DNA of 64,000 nt, taken from the NCBI GenBank assembly GCA_963762565.1, contig CAVXLD010000003.1:736001-800000 (forward strand), read 5' to 3'. A program made the translations under genes and the position numbers. This document shows, in pieces, positions 9,470-18,896 of this stretch (position 1 is its first letter; each line of letters opens with the position of its first letter). Source of the stretch: an uncultured Verrucomicrobiae bacterium. GTDB taxonomy: Bacteria > Verrucomicrobiota > Verrucomicrobiia > Chthoniobacterales > JAFAMB01. The notes below the pieces were generated by a model that worked only from the letters and a program-made list of their open reading frames with translations, was not told the DNA's origin and searched no databases.

Positions 9470-11473
9470 TTAAGCGCGCTTCGCCTTTTCGCTACCTCTT
9501 GCGACATGGGTCGCGATTTCAGTTGCCCGTGAACCCTGAGTAGCCAGGTAAAGGCTATATAGCAAGCCGCAGTTGGGTAACAGCTCCTCCATCGTTCCTT
9601 GTTCCACGACGGATCCCTTGTCGATTACTACGAAGTAATCGCAGAATTGTAACAGCCAGTTCACGTCGTGGTCGACTACCATGACGGTTTTCCCGTTCGT
9701 GGCGTCTCGGAGTTTGTCGATCAGTAAAAATTTCTCCTCGTTATCCATCCCAACGGTCGGTTCGTCGAGCAAGAGGAACGTAGGGTCCCGGAGCAGACAA
9801 CGGGTTAAGGCTAGTAATTTTTTCTGTCCGCCAGACAAAGCGCGTGCGGCGGCAAGCTCGGTATCCAAGGTGATTGCGGGACGTTTCGTGGACAGGATAT
9901 CCCAGATGCCGGTCCTCCGGCAGAGCGCGATAAGCTCGTCATCTGTGGCCTCGGGTTTCGGCATACGCAAGTTATCACGCAGGCTGCCATAGAAGAACAC
10001 CGGGAACTGCGACATCATCACCGCATGTTGGCGGATGCTATCGAAGGTGAATTCAGTCGACGGATGGCCACCCAGCAAAATCTGACCCGACTGCGGATCA
10101 TAGAACCGAAGGAGCAGTTTAAAAAACGTTGTTTTGCCTTGGCCCATTTTCGCAACGAACCCGGTCCGCCTCCCAGGGGGTATCCGGAAGGTCAAGCCAG
10201 TAAAAACCGGATTAGCGTTCGGTTGATACGAAAAAGCCAGATCTCGCACTTCTATGGTCGGCTCGAGTGTGGCCGGTGCGATTGTGCCCGGCCGCTCCTC
10301 GGATCCGGTCTTGCGTTTAAGGACGGATTCAACGCGTTCAATGCTACCAAGACCGTTAAAAAGCATAACCATGCTTCCGGACAACGCGTTGATTGGGTTC
10401 ACCATCAGTGGCGCCAAGAGCAGGATAGTTAAAACATTGCCGATGGGCGCGGTCCCGTATGACTGAACCGCGAGCCATAGGCCTAGACCGAGAAGAATAA
10501 TTTGGACGACCAGGGTTGGCGTCTGGTTCAGGATGTTGATCGCGCTAACGGAGGTCTGTTGGCGGAGCTTGGCCCTTAGTGATTCTTCAAGAGTACTCTT
10601 ATACTTGGATGAAAAGAGCTTCTCAGATCGCATCGCCTGGATTTCTTCAGGAGACAATACTGCGCCGGTGACTAGACTGGAGAGTGCGGCCAAGGCTTGC
10701 TGAACTTCCCGGCCGGCGCCGGACAACTTTTCACCGAGCCTTCCCATCAGCCAGGGAGCAGCCAGAGCCAACAGAACAATCAGGATCAGGACCGCAGCTG
10801 TGGGCACTCTGGTACCTAAAAGGTCGATCCAGCCCGATAGCTTACTAAAGTTGTAGGCCATCTGGCCGGTGGTGATAACCAAAAGCAGCACTTGTATCAC
10901 TGGATCAACCAAGATTTGGCGAAGCGTCATCTGGGTCTCGACTGCCAGCGTGTTGACGATCGTGGCTAATTCTCCGCCGCTGTATTCAAAGAAGAACTCG
11001 GGAGATTGACCGAGAACCCGATCAAACACTTGGCTCCGCAGATAGTTCGACATCGTGATATCCATTCTGGTCCCTATCCACTTTGCCGGGATACCCAGAA
11101 CCACTCCAAGGATCGCAAACAGGATCCATAGGAAATAGCCAAGAACTACGTCGCTGCTTTGCTCTTGTTGCCGTCCTTGGGCGGATTCGACGCTTGGAGT
11201 CTGCCCAGTTCCGGCTGGGCCAGGCCCTGTCGTTACTGAACCAGCGTTCTCCCTTTTATCTCTGGCAGCGCCTTGGCGGTCTTGCCAATTAGCGACCTGC
11301 TGGAGGTGGCTGGTTACTTCACCTAGAAATTGAGTAGCGGCGTTCCCAACCAACGAGCTTGCGAGCGATACGACGACGTATAACAGAGCCAACGGCCGGC
11401 AAACGCCGAGGAGTCGCCAACTCCATAACCAGAGTTTGGCCCATTCGATCCGCTGAACAGGTTTGGCAGCCAT
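9470..11473 (-). CDS. ABC exporter, fused permease/ATPase (no C39 peptidase domain)
   Basis: About 6 TM helices; Walker A AKMGQGKTT, signature LSGGQ, Walker B LLLDE, H-loop VDHD. Confidence 0.9.
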   Translation of the reverse strand: MAAKPVQRIEWAKLWLWSWRLLGVCRPLALLYVVVSLASSLVGNAATQFLGEVTSHLQQVANWQDRQGAARDKRENAGSVTTGPGPAGTGQTPSVESAQGRQQEQSSDVVLGYFLWILFAILGVVLGIPAKWIGTRMDITMSNYLRSQVFDRVLGQSPEFFFEYSGGELATIVNTLAVETQMTLRQILVDPVIQVLLLVITTGQMAYNFSKLSGWIDLLGTRVPTAAVLILIVLLALAAPWLMGRLGEKLSGAGREVQQALAALSSLVTGAVLSPEEIQAMRSEKLFSSKYKSTLEESLRAKLRQQTSVSAINILNQTPTLVVQIILLGLGLWLAVQSYGTAPIGNVLTILLLAPLMVNPINALSGSMVMLFNGLGSIERVESVLKRKTGSEERPGTIAPATLEPTIEVRDLAFSYQPNANPVFTGLTFRIPPGRRTGFVAKMGQGKTTFFKLLLRFYDPQSGQILLGGHPSTEFTFDSIRQHAVMMSQFPVFFYGSLRDNLRMPKPEATDDELIALCRRTGIWDILSTKRPAITLDTELAAARALSGGQKKLLALTRCLLRDPTFLLLDEPTVGMDNEEKFLLIDKLRDATNGKTVMVVDHDVNWLLQFCDYFVVIDKGSVVEQGTMEELLPNCGLLYSLYLATQGSRATEIATHVARGSEKAKRA

Positions 11474-11599
11474 CTATTCCCGTTGGACGATTTGTTCGGC
11501 CCAGCACGAGAAATTCAATTGTGGCGAATTGGAGGATGTCTCTCTGCAGATTCAAGCCCCAATGTTTGGGGGGAACTCACCAGGCGCTTCGTTCTCGCC

Positions 11600-11750
11600 C
11601 TCGTCTTTCCGACTTCGCCAACGTCCCAGTTGTGGAGCGCGCCTCGCTTGCGAGGCCGACTTCCAGCGGTTGGCAATTTATAGACCATGGGCTTCGTCGG
11701 ACACGCTGTCCTCGAATCCGGCCGCGCGGAGTGTTGGAGTACTGCGCCAA
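11600..11750. repeat. Composite repeat carrying a family B arm
   Basis: Closely similar to 44965-45110 (CCGACTTCGCCA..GTGGAGCGCGCCTCGCTTGCGAGGCCG..GGCTTCGTCGGAC.. GCTGTCCTCGAATCCGG). Confidence 0.8.
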
Positions 11751-11797
11751 GTCCGAAAAGCACTCGCGTAGCGGGTTGGAGATGCTGATGGACGAGA

Positions 11798-12034
11798 TCA
11801 GGAAACAACCTGGTACGTACCCTGGCATTGACCGCAGGTGAACCATTCGCCTTCGTAGTCGAGCGATATGATTCGATTAGTGCCGCAGTGCGGACAGGCT
11901 ACAAAAATAAGAACGGACCGGCCCTCAACCTCTGTGCCGGCCTCCGATGCTGCTCTTTCTTTGCCCTGTTTGGTCGGGTCGAGATCGCCCTCTGTCTTTT
12001 TGGTTTGACGCTCTTGTTTCAGTGATTCAGCCAT
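11798..12034 (-). CDS. Small protein: charged leader, EVEGR motif, CxxC...CxxC Zn-ribbon-like C-terminus
   Basis: 78 aa from ATG 12034; CPHC and CGQC; co-oriented between cyclase and ABC exporter. Confidence 0.7.
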   Translation of the reverse strand: MAESLKQERQTKKTEGDLDPTKQGKERAASEAGTEVEGRSVLIFVACPHCGTNRIISLDYEGEWFTCGQCQGTYQVVS

Positions 12035-12154
12035 TTGAATTATCTTTCTATTTGTTTTTGCCCGCCGATACCAGCAGGCATCCATCGATATGACGGCAGA
12101 ACGACTTTTATTTGCAAACTAATTTGTCATTCGGTGCGGCCGATTGGGCGAGAC

Positions 12155-12360
12155 TTGGAGGGGAGCCGCTTTGTAGCTTGGCAGTTCTGTCGGGTGCCAG
12201 CAGGCGGCTCCCGGGAAATGCCCACCGTTAGCCATGGATCAACGACGGCTCGTTTCGATTTGGAACCCGCTGACGGAACTGCTTAGCTCTAGGAACGTTC
12301 CCGGGAGCCGCTTGCTGCCAACCTACAGAGTTGCCAAGTTACAAAGCGGCTCCCCTCCAG
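12155..12360. mobile_element. MITE-like family A copy
   Basis: TGGAGGGGAGCCGCTTTG ... CAAAGCGGCTCCCCTCCA with the internal palindrome pair. Confidence 0.75.
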
Positions 12361-12411
12361 GCCTTTGGCATGCAGCGCCGCTGTCTCATTGGGACAACAG
12401 TACGCTTGCTC

Positions 12412-14460
12412 CTATGGCTCTGCGACCTCGGTATCCGCACCGTCTGTAATCGGTGAGCTCAATCGGAAGAGGGGATAGCGACCGTAGTTTTTGGCGAAAT
12501 CAATCTGGCCAAGATAGTCGAACCCGAACCGGCGGCGCTTATCCCGCCTCTGGCTATCGATAATAACGTAAGAAACGAACGCTTCGGTTGCCCAGACCTC
12601 GCCCTCGCGAACAATCGGCTCGATACGGGCAGCGTGGCTGACGTGCGATCCGGTGAAAGAGATTTGGCGAATGACCGGGTCAAGGCAAAGGATCACCGGA
12701 CCGGTATGGAGACTGATCCTGAGGTTGAGCGGAGCGGTTAACAGTCGCCGCCAACCTCCTTGCTTCAGCATCTCCAGCAGCCGCAGAGCGACGTCCCCTG
12801 CCGCCACCGGTTCATCGAAAACGAAGTAGATGGCATCACCCCAGGTGTTGGTCAGTACCGGGCGAGGTGGTTCCGAAATCAGCGAGGAAATCATTCCCAG
12901 AAATTCAGGAGCGAAGTGCTTGATCTGGTCTTCAGGGATCTTGCTGTAACCGACAACATCAGCAAACAGAAGTGTCTTTATCGTCTGCTGGCCTTCACTG
13001 ACCGTGATTTCTCCAAATGAAATCCGGTCTAACTTCTCATTCTTTGTTTTAGCAGCCGTGATCTTTTCCAGATCGACTACATCGACCGCATGGCCTCTTG
13101 ACGTCCAAAAGTCCACAAAACTGGAAGTGCCGCCTAGACCGTCTCCACGCCGGCCGTCCCAGACCGCCATCGGCCGCACATCCGAGGCCAGTTTATCAGA
13201 CCGGAACAGGGCCATCCCGTTCATGCAGTTGTTGCAGTAGACATAACCGAGATTCCCGCTAGGAGCGCCTTGTTGAGAAAGGAAGGTGACGGAAGTGGCC
13301 TCCTCGAGGGCCCGATCGAATCGCCGTTCCCATACCTGGCCACCGATCAATACGCTGGTCTGCTTAAACTCTTCTTTTCGCCAAGGAAGAACCACCTGAA
13401 TATCGGCATCTCGGGCTAACATTGCTTCGATGAAAAGCAGATCCGAACCACATGCCGCGGACGAGATCCCGATCTGGGCGTCAAGCGAATCGAGAGTCAG
13501 GCGTATCTGTTCTTCGACGGCCTCCACGTATTGGGCTGGGAAACGAGGCACTTCACGGCCCGGTGCATCAACCATGTGACCGGAGAAAATGATGACACCC
13601 GGGACACGGAAGATCCTTTTGAGCGCGCCGAAGTCCCAATCCAGCGATTCGCAGATTCGGTTGGCTTGTTTGCTAGTCGAGCTTAAATCGCCCCAGCCCC
13701 GCTTTTGGTGCATTAGCAGCGAATATTTTTGGTAATACTCAAAAGTTGGTTGAGTAATCTCTCCCACATCAGCGCTTAGCACTAACTCAGCCTCGGCCAT
13801 TGATGCCAGGGCCCAGTAGTCATCCGGGTTAGAAGCCAGCGATTCGAGGCAGAGTTGTTTCACTTCTCCGGCCAATCTACGAGCGGCTGCCCGGTCGTTC
13901 AGCCAGAGTGACAAGGTACAGGCGTTTATGGCAGGATAGTATTCTCCATTCACCGCGTAAGCCTGCAAATAGCAGGCTCGCGATCGGGCCAGAAACTTCT
14001 CCCGAGCTGGCCCCGGAAATTTGGCCAGATCTTTGTAAGTCCGTCCCAGTGCGCTTAACGATTTATCGTCCTCGGCACGGATCGCTAACAGATCTCGCAG
14101 GATCTTTTGAGCTTCTCGAATCGAGCCTAGCCGCGACAGGGCGATCGCTTGTTCGCGCGCCAGATCGATTTGTTGGTTTTTTACTATCTCCGGAAATTTC
14201 TGGCGAAACGCAGTCTCCAGGCTCTCGCTGCCCTCGCTCGCGATTTCCAAGGCGATCAGATTCTCGCCTAGCTGGGTTGCGGCTTTCGCTAAGCGAGTAT
14301 AGACCGAGCTATCCTTGCTGAACGGGAGTCTGTCGTCAGAGTCATCGCCCTGCTGATATTGCGCCACCAGTCGTGGAAACCATTCAAAACGCGCGTACCA
14401 AAACCGGCGAATTCCGCGAACGGACTTCAGCGCGGGCATTAGCTCGTCCAGAATAGGCAT
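12412..14460 (-). CDS. TPR-sensor (DUF4071/TRAF-binding-like) + SLOG-like + class III nucleotidyl cyclase
   Basis: LGRTYKD, YYPAINA and DYWALASMAE (TPR-S/DUF4071-like); FSGHMVD and SSAACGSDLLF (SLOG-like); LFADVVGYS, NTWGDA, RISLHTGPV and AARIE (cyclase). Confidence 0.85.
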   Translation of the reverse strand: MPILDELMPALKSVRGIRRFWYARFEWFPRLVAQYQQGDDSDDRLPFSKDSSVYTRLAKAATQLGENLIALEIASEGSESLETAFRQKFPEIVKNQQIDLAREQAIALSRLGSIREAQKILRDLLAIRAEDDKSLSALGRTYKDLAKFPGPAREKFLARSRACYLQAYAVNGEYYPAINACTLSLWLNDRAAARRLAGEVKQLCLESLASNPDDYWALASMAEAELVLSADVGEITQPTFEYYQKYSLLMHQKRGWGDLSSTSKQANRICESLDWDFGALKRIFRVPGVIIFSGHMVDAPGREVPRFPAQYVEAVEEQIRLTLDSLDAQIGISSAACGSDLLFIEAMLARDADIQVVLPWRKEEFKQTSVLIGGQVWERRFDRALEEATSVTFLSQQGAPSGNLGYVYCNNCMNGMALFRSDKLASDVRPMAVWDGRRGDGLGGTSSFVDFWTSRGHAVDVVDLEKITAAKTKNEKLDRISFGEITVSEGQQTIKTLLFADVVGYSKIPEDQIKHFAPEFLGMISSLISEPPRPVLTNTWGDAIYFVFDEPVAAGDVALRLLEMLKQGGWRRLLTAPLNLRISLHTGPVILCLDPVIRQISFTGSHVSHAARIEPIVREGEVWATEAFVSYVIIDSQRRDKRRRFGFDYLGQIDFAKNYGRYPLFRLSSPITDGADTEVAEP

Positions 14461-14499
14461 CTACCGCCCGATCATCGCGTGTCGCCGCCTCGGTTGCAA

Positions 14500-14818
14500 G
14501 AAAGGCGAGAGGGAGGCGAAAAGGCGAGAGGGCGAGAGGGAGGCGAAAGGGCGAGTGGGCGAAAGGGCGAAAGGGCGCAGACCGGTGCGGCGTGTCGGCG
14601 TGCGGGTTCCCGGGGGGCGTTGGGCCCTGCTATTAGATGGGACTTATAGGACTTATATGACCTATAGGACCAGCCCCTCATCAGTCCTATAGGTCCTATA
14701 GGTCGTATAGGTCCCATCCGATCGCGGAGCCCAGGGCCTCTCCCGAACCCGCGCGGCGCTATGCCCTTTCGGCCGCTTCGCCCTTTTCGCCCACACGCCC
14801 TTTCGCCGTTTCGCCTCT
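14500..14818. repeat. Inverted GGCGAAA/GGCGAGA arrays around a GGACCTATAG palindromic core
   Basis: Left arm 14503-14575, right arm TTTCGCC 14765-14815; core GGGACTTATAGGAC ... GTCCTATAGGTCCC. Confidence 0.75.
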
Positions 14819-14819
14819 T

Positions 14820-15995
14820 CTAGCTGCCGTCTACCGCGAACTTCTCCCGGATTGCCGTGATCAAAAAGCTGTCCTGGTTGCGAACCAAATGGGCCCGAAA
14901 ATAACAGACGCCGCTCACGACCTTTCCCTGATTCCGCACGGTAAAAGAGACTTTGAAATTAACTTCATAGGAACCTCCCCGATCCGTAACATTGATCATC
15001 GGCACGCCTAACAATTCATATCGGCGCGAGGGCCACTTTTGATCGTAGTCCTGCAGTTCCCGGTAAATCGACTCATGGGTGCATTGTCCGTTTTCGAAAT
15101 AGTCGCAAGGTGAGGCGTAGTATTCGGTTTGACTCTCGTCCGAGCTGCTTTCACCGGCTCGAACAAACTCCGTGATGAATCGAGCCAGGGAGCCCGTTCC
15201 CTCACTTTCTGCATAGGTAGACCGGCTGGTTTCAGTTTGATCCGCGACAATCAGCACGGTTGAGCCTTTGGCGGATTGAAACACCTGCTGATCGGTGAGC
15301 ACTTCTTGCCGGCTAGAGGGCGTGAAATTAGGAATGATCTTGCGAAGCAGCACTTGAGCTTCATTAATCGGAATAGCGAAGTTAATCCGCTCCGGTAGCG
15401 TTCCGTTTTCTTTTGCGTACTGGAGGGAGTTGATTTTGGCCACAACGATTCCCACCACCTCTCCGTGATTGTTAAGCAGTGGTCCGCCGCTGTTACCCGG
15501 GTTAACATTAGCGTCGATCTGGAATAAGTGTGCGCCGCTGGTACGGCCTTCTCTGACGGCGTTAACCTTGCCATCGGACGCCGACAAAGCCGTTCCGAGC
15601 TCGCCTGGTAACGGATATCCTAACACGATAATGGAATCGAGAACCTGGACCGCCTCGGAGGAGGCAATAGGCAAAGCCGTCAAATTACGCAGCGATACTT
15701 GAAGGATAGCAAGATCGTTTTCCTGGTCGCTTGCAGCCACCCGCGCAGAGATAGCCTCACGTCCAGGAACCGTGACGCTAATTCGGGTCGCATCCTTGAT
15801 GACGTGGTAGTTCGTCAAGATGTAGCCGTTCTGTTGAATCACGAAACCACTGCCGCACATCGCCGCCGCCGCGGCTGAGCCCAGCCTGAAACAAAGAAAA
15901 ATAGCCAAAACCAGCGTTATCCAGGAAAGATACCGCCAGGACAACGGCCGCCCTTCAGCCCCCATCGGCGTGGAGATAATAGAGTCGGTGCGCAT
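14820..15995 (-). CDS. Exported trypsin-like (S1C) serine protease with C-terminal NTF2-like domain
   Basis: Signal/TM segment; GSGFVI, LTNYHVI, DLAIL, PGNSGGPL. Confidence 0.88.
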   Translation of the reverse strand: MRTDSIISTPMGAEGRPLSWRYLSWITLVLAIFLCFRLGSAAAAAMCGSGFVIQQNGYILTNYHVIKDATRISVTVPGREAISARVAASDQENDLAILQVSLRNLTALPIASSEAVQVLDSIIVLGYPLPGELGTALSASDGKVNAVREGRTSGAHLFQIDANVNPGNSGGPLLNNHGEVVGIVVAKINSLQYAKENGTLPERINFAIPINEAQVLLRKIIPNFTPSSRQEVLTDQQVFQSAKGSTVLIVADQTETSRSTYAESEGTGSLARFITEFVRAGESSSDESQTEYYASPCDYFENGQCTHESIYRELQDYDQKWPSRRYELLGVPMINVTDRGGSYEVNFKVSFTVRNQGKVVSGVCYFRAHLVRNQDSFLITAIREKFAVDGS

Positions 15996-16065
15996 AGGAA
16001 AATTGGTTCAACAATGGCTCGGTCTTTATCGGAAAGACGCCGCGGTAGTCGGCGATTGCAGGGAT

Positions 16066-16272
16066 CCGTGGAGCGCGCCTCGCTTGCGAGGCCGTGGTAA
16101 GCAGGGTTGAATGCGTGGCAGGCCTGAGCTCTAACTTCGCTCTGCAGTGCGCGATAGGCGGCCATGCCGCTTTCGGGCCAACAGAACCACAACAGAGCGT
16201 TGACTACCGTGGGCGGCCCGAGCGTTACCCCTTTGTTCACCACGGCCTCGCAAGCGAGGCAGCGCTCCACGG
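16066..16272. repeat. Palindromic repeat family B (CGTGGAGCG.GCCTCGCTTGCGAGGCCG ... CGGCCTCGCAAGCGAGGCA.CGCTCCACG)
   Basis: About 35-bp inverted arms; full copy at 42259-42447, single arms at ~11633, 39036-39128, ~44994 and 51683-51712. Confidence 0.85.
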
Positions 16273-16281
16273 GCGCCGATC

Positions 16282-17079
16282 CTATCGTTCCCGCCCGTTG
16301 CCGGCGTTTCCAGCCAGTTCCCACGGTTTGGCTAACTGGTGAAGCAACGACTTCGCTTGGAGTGGCACAAGATCTGGGTAAACCGAAAGGATCCGGGCCA
16401 GCAAGGCGGCTCCATGTGGCGCAGCAAAGCTGCTGCCGTGCATCCTACGTCGCTTACCGCCCTTCCATGCCGCCTCAAAGCCGGTGCCGCGAGCCACAAA
16501 CTCGACCAGGTTTCCTGGTCGATAGTAAAAATCTTCTTTGTCCTTCAGTTCACCGTAATTGAAGGTAATTACCGAAGGGAAATAGCCGGGCCATTCGGGC
16601 CTGGAGTAATCATAATTATTGCAAGCCGCTACCACGTGAACGCCCTTCAAATAGGCCAGATCAATCCAAGCTTTGTATCGATGGATATGCTCCGCCACTC
16701 CGCAACCAAAGCTGCAATTAAGAATTTTGTAGTCGTGGTCCAACGCCAGATTCACGCCCTCGGAGATTACATCCGTGCGAGAGGCATTGTTCTCGTTTAG
16801 TACCCGGAAGCTACCGATCGCCGCCTCGGGCGCTAGCGAACGGATAATAGCTGCCACCGCCGTTCCGTGCCCAAATAGATCGGTGCCGTCCCCAGACCGA
16901 ACCACTATCTGTAAGTCGCTCCCGACCACATGAATGTCGTCCGTCAATTGCAGCCCATTTAAGTCCGGGTGAGTGACCTCGATTCCGGAATCGATCACTG
17001 CAATCTTGATATCTTTACCGGTTCCAGTCGTTAGAGCATCACGAGCCTGCTCGACCGTGATCCAAGAACTGGTCTTCAT
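16282..17079 (-). CDS. S8 (subtilisin-like) serine peptidase, catalytic domain only
   Basis: Triad IAVIDSG, GHGTAVA, GSSFAAP; no signal peptide or prodomain visible. Confidence 0.9.
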   Translation of the reverse strand: MKTSSWITVEQARDALTTGTGKDIKIAVIDSGIEVTHPDLNGLQLTDDIHVVGSDLQIVVRSGDGTDLFGHGTAVAAIIRSLAPEAAIGSFRVLNENNASRTDVISEGVNLALDHDYKILNCSFGCGVAEHIHRYKAWIDLAYLKGVHVVAACNNYDYSRPEWPGYFPSVITFNYGELKDKEDFYYRPGNLVEFVARGTGFEAAWKGGKRRRMHGSSFAAPHGAALLARILSVYPDLVPLQAKSLLHQLAKPWELAGNAGNGRER

Positions 17080-17699
17080 CAGTTTGCTTCCCAGCCGATG
17101 CCGGTGCGCAGAAGTCGATAATTGACGAGATCGGTAAGAACCAAGGCGGCCCTTTTGACTGTATCAAGATTACCCATGGTAAAGCCGGGAGGTGAACCAG
17201 CGACCGGTACCGAGCGCCCGTCCTCCTGCCGGACATTGATCAGTTGGACACAGGAAACCACCCCTCGGCAGGCGTTCAAAATGTAAAACGGCACGACAAT
17301 CATGGCGTAGGTCGTAACTCGGAGTTTCTGATCCAGCAGACCGCTGTGAAGTTCATGCCGGTAAACTTCGTTCTCGGCGAACCCCTGTTCACTAATAAAC
17401 GAGGTGCTCACGATCCCCGCGTTCAGCGGTTGCTTGAACCCGACAATGTTTGTGGCGTTCGGACCGGAATTGTACGCAATCACGAGGTGTTCTCGTGCCT
17501 GATCGAGGATCCAGAGACTACCTTCATCGGCGTTGACCGCCGCGAACACGTCGCGCAGCACATTTCCCGTTCGAAAATCGAGTAGGCTGCCGAAATTCTC
17601 TGGGGTAATCAGATCCGCCATTCTCTGCAGACGTTCTGTTAACGGCGCACGGAGCGGTGCGAATCGCTCGTCGGGCAGGAAGTTCAGGCGAGTAGACAT
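17079..17699 (-). CDS. Stand-alone GAF domain protein
   Basis: ADEGSLWILD, PLNAGIV, MIVVPF..GVVSCV; TGATG overlap with S8 gene; start taken at ATG 17699 because the longer ORF runs through repeats. Confidence 0.8.
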   Translation of the reverse strand: MSTRLNFLPDERFAPLRAPLTERLQRMADLITPENFGSLLDFRTGNVLRDVFAAVNADEGSLWILDQAREHLVIAYNSGPNATNIVGFKQPLNAGIVSTSFISEQGFAENEVYRHELHSGLLDQKLRVTTYAMIVVPFYILNACRGVVSCVQLINVRQEDGRSVPVAGSPPGFTMGNLDTVKRAALVLTDLVNYRLLRTGIGWEAN

Positions 17700-17938
17700 A
17701 CCGAACCGGTGAGAGGTGATTGGTGAGAAGTGATTGGTTACGCGCTGCGTTTCCTCTATGAGTACACCGGTTGGGGCCACTACGTCCACTCAGTCCACTG
17801 AGGTCCACTTCGTCCACTAGCCGACCACGCCCGCTCGCCTCCTAGCCTTCTAGATCCTAACTCCTAGCTCCTTCTTCTGCCATTTTCCATAGACTTTCTT
17901 GTCAGCATCGCTAATATCCTGCCCCGTTCAGTTTCGGT

Positions 17939-18637
17939 ATGGCGAACCAAGACGATTTGACTGTCGCCCAGGCAGCGCTGCGCGGCGACTCAGCGGCTGT
18001 CAGTGCGGTCCTCGACGAGTTACCTTACGCTTTGGGTGTACTCCTCTCGAAATGTACCGACTCGGATTCTGAAGAAAAATCGCGCGAGATTATTGATGAT
18101 TTGCCCGGCGACCTTCTAGCTGGGGTCGACCGTGATGGCAAAACCATCAAGCTGTTAGAGATGTACCAAGGCCGCGCTTCCTTGCGGTCATGGATTACGG
18201 TTGTAGCTCTCTCTCGCTTGAAAAGCTGGTGGCGAGGTCCGGGCTATCGGAAGCGTGAGAGAGGAGTTGAGCCGCACCAGGATCAAGGCACGTTATCGGG
18301 TAACGGAAGCGATCGACCCGCTGAAGAGCCCCACAATGCCTCGGATGTGCTCGCTCTTTTGGCCGATGCCTTAACCGATAGCTTGCGAAGTCTAACCCCG
18401 AGGGAATCGGTCTGTCTCCGGTTGGTTTATTTACACAGCGTTGAGCAGCAACGTCTCGCCAGAATGTTGGGGTGTCACGCCGCTACCATCAGCCGCGACC
18501 TTGACCAAACCAAACTTGCCATTAAGCGGCGGCTAATTTGGAATCTTAAATTGCTTGATCCTTTCTTAGAGATTACTTGGGAAGATTGCGTGAGGCTTTG
18601 TGCGTCAGAATCGATCTCGATTTTTGACAGCTTTTGA
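17939..18637 (+). CDS. ECF-type RNA polymerase sigma-70 factor
   Basis: Region 2 (A..GD..A, YQGRASLRSWI) and region 4 (LTPRE..CLRLVY...QQRLARMLGCHAATISRDL). Confidence 0.85.
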   Translation: MANQDDLTVAQAALRGDSAAVSAVLDELPYALGVLLSKCTDSDSEEKSREIIDDLPGDLLAGVDRDGKTIKLLEMYQGRASLRSWITVVALSRLKSWWRGPGYRKRERGVEPHQDQGTLSGNGSDRPAEEPHNASDVLALLADALTDSLRSLTPRESVCLRLVYLHSVEQQRLARMLGCHAATISRDLDQTKLAIKRRLIWNLKLLDPFLEITWEDCVRLCASESISIFDSF

Positions 18638-18664
18638 ACCTGCAAAGCAGGCCAAAATTTGGAC

Positions 18665-18892
18665 ATGGACGAAGTAGATCAGTTCAGGGCTGTGATGGGT
18701 TTCCTGGAACGGTTTGAGACCGAAGTGAGCGGTCGATCGGCTGAGTCGCTTGGCGCCGAAATGGAGGCAAAAATTCGCGGTCTAGCAGCTGGCACCCTCG
18801 ATGACAGTGAACGTGAACAGGTGCTGGAGGAGGTCTCCCGGAACCGAGCCGGCCTGGAATTGCTGGCTTCGTGCCTTCAGCGCGAGCATTAA
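18665..18892 (+). CDS. Small anti-sigma-domain-like protein, paralog 1
   Basis: 75 aa; QFRAVMGFLERFETEVSGR and LAAGTLDDSEREQVL; paralogous to 19381 and 19765 ORFs. Confidence 0.78.
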   Translation: MDEVDQFRAVMGFLERFETEVSGRSAESLGAEMEAKIRGLAAGTLDDSEREQVLEEVSRNRAGLELLASCLQREH

Positions 18893-18896
18893 GTCG

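Noticed and set aside
12412..14460. Canonical Pycsar or CBASS system
   Set aside because: No cNMP-binding effector and no CD-NTase motif are seen nearby; the architecture differs.
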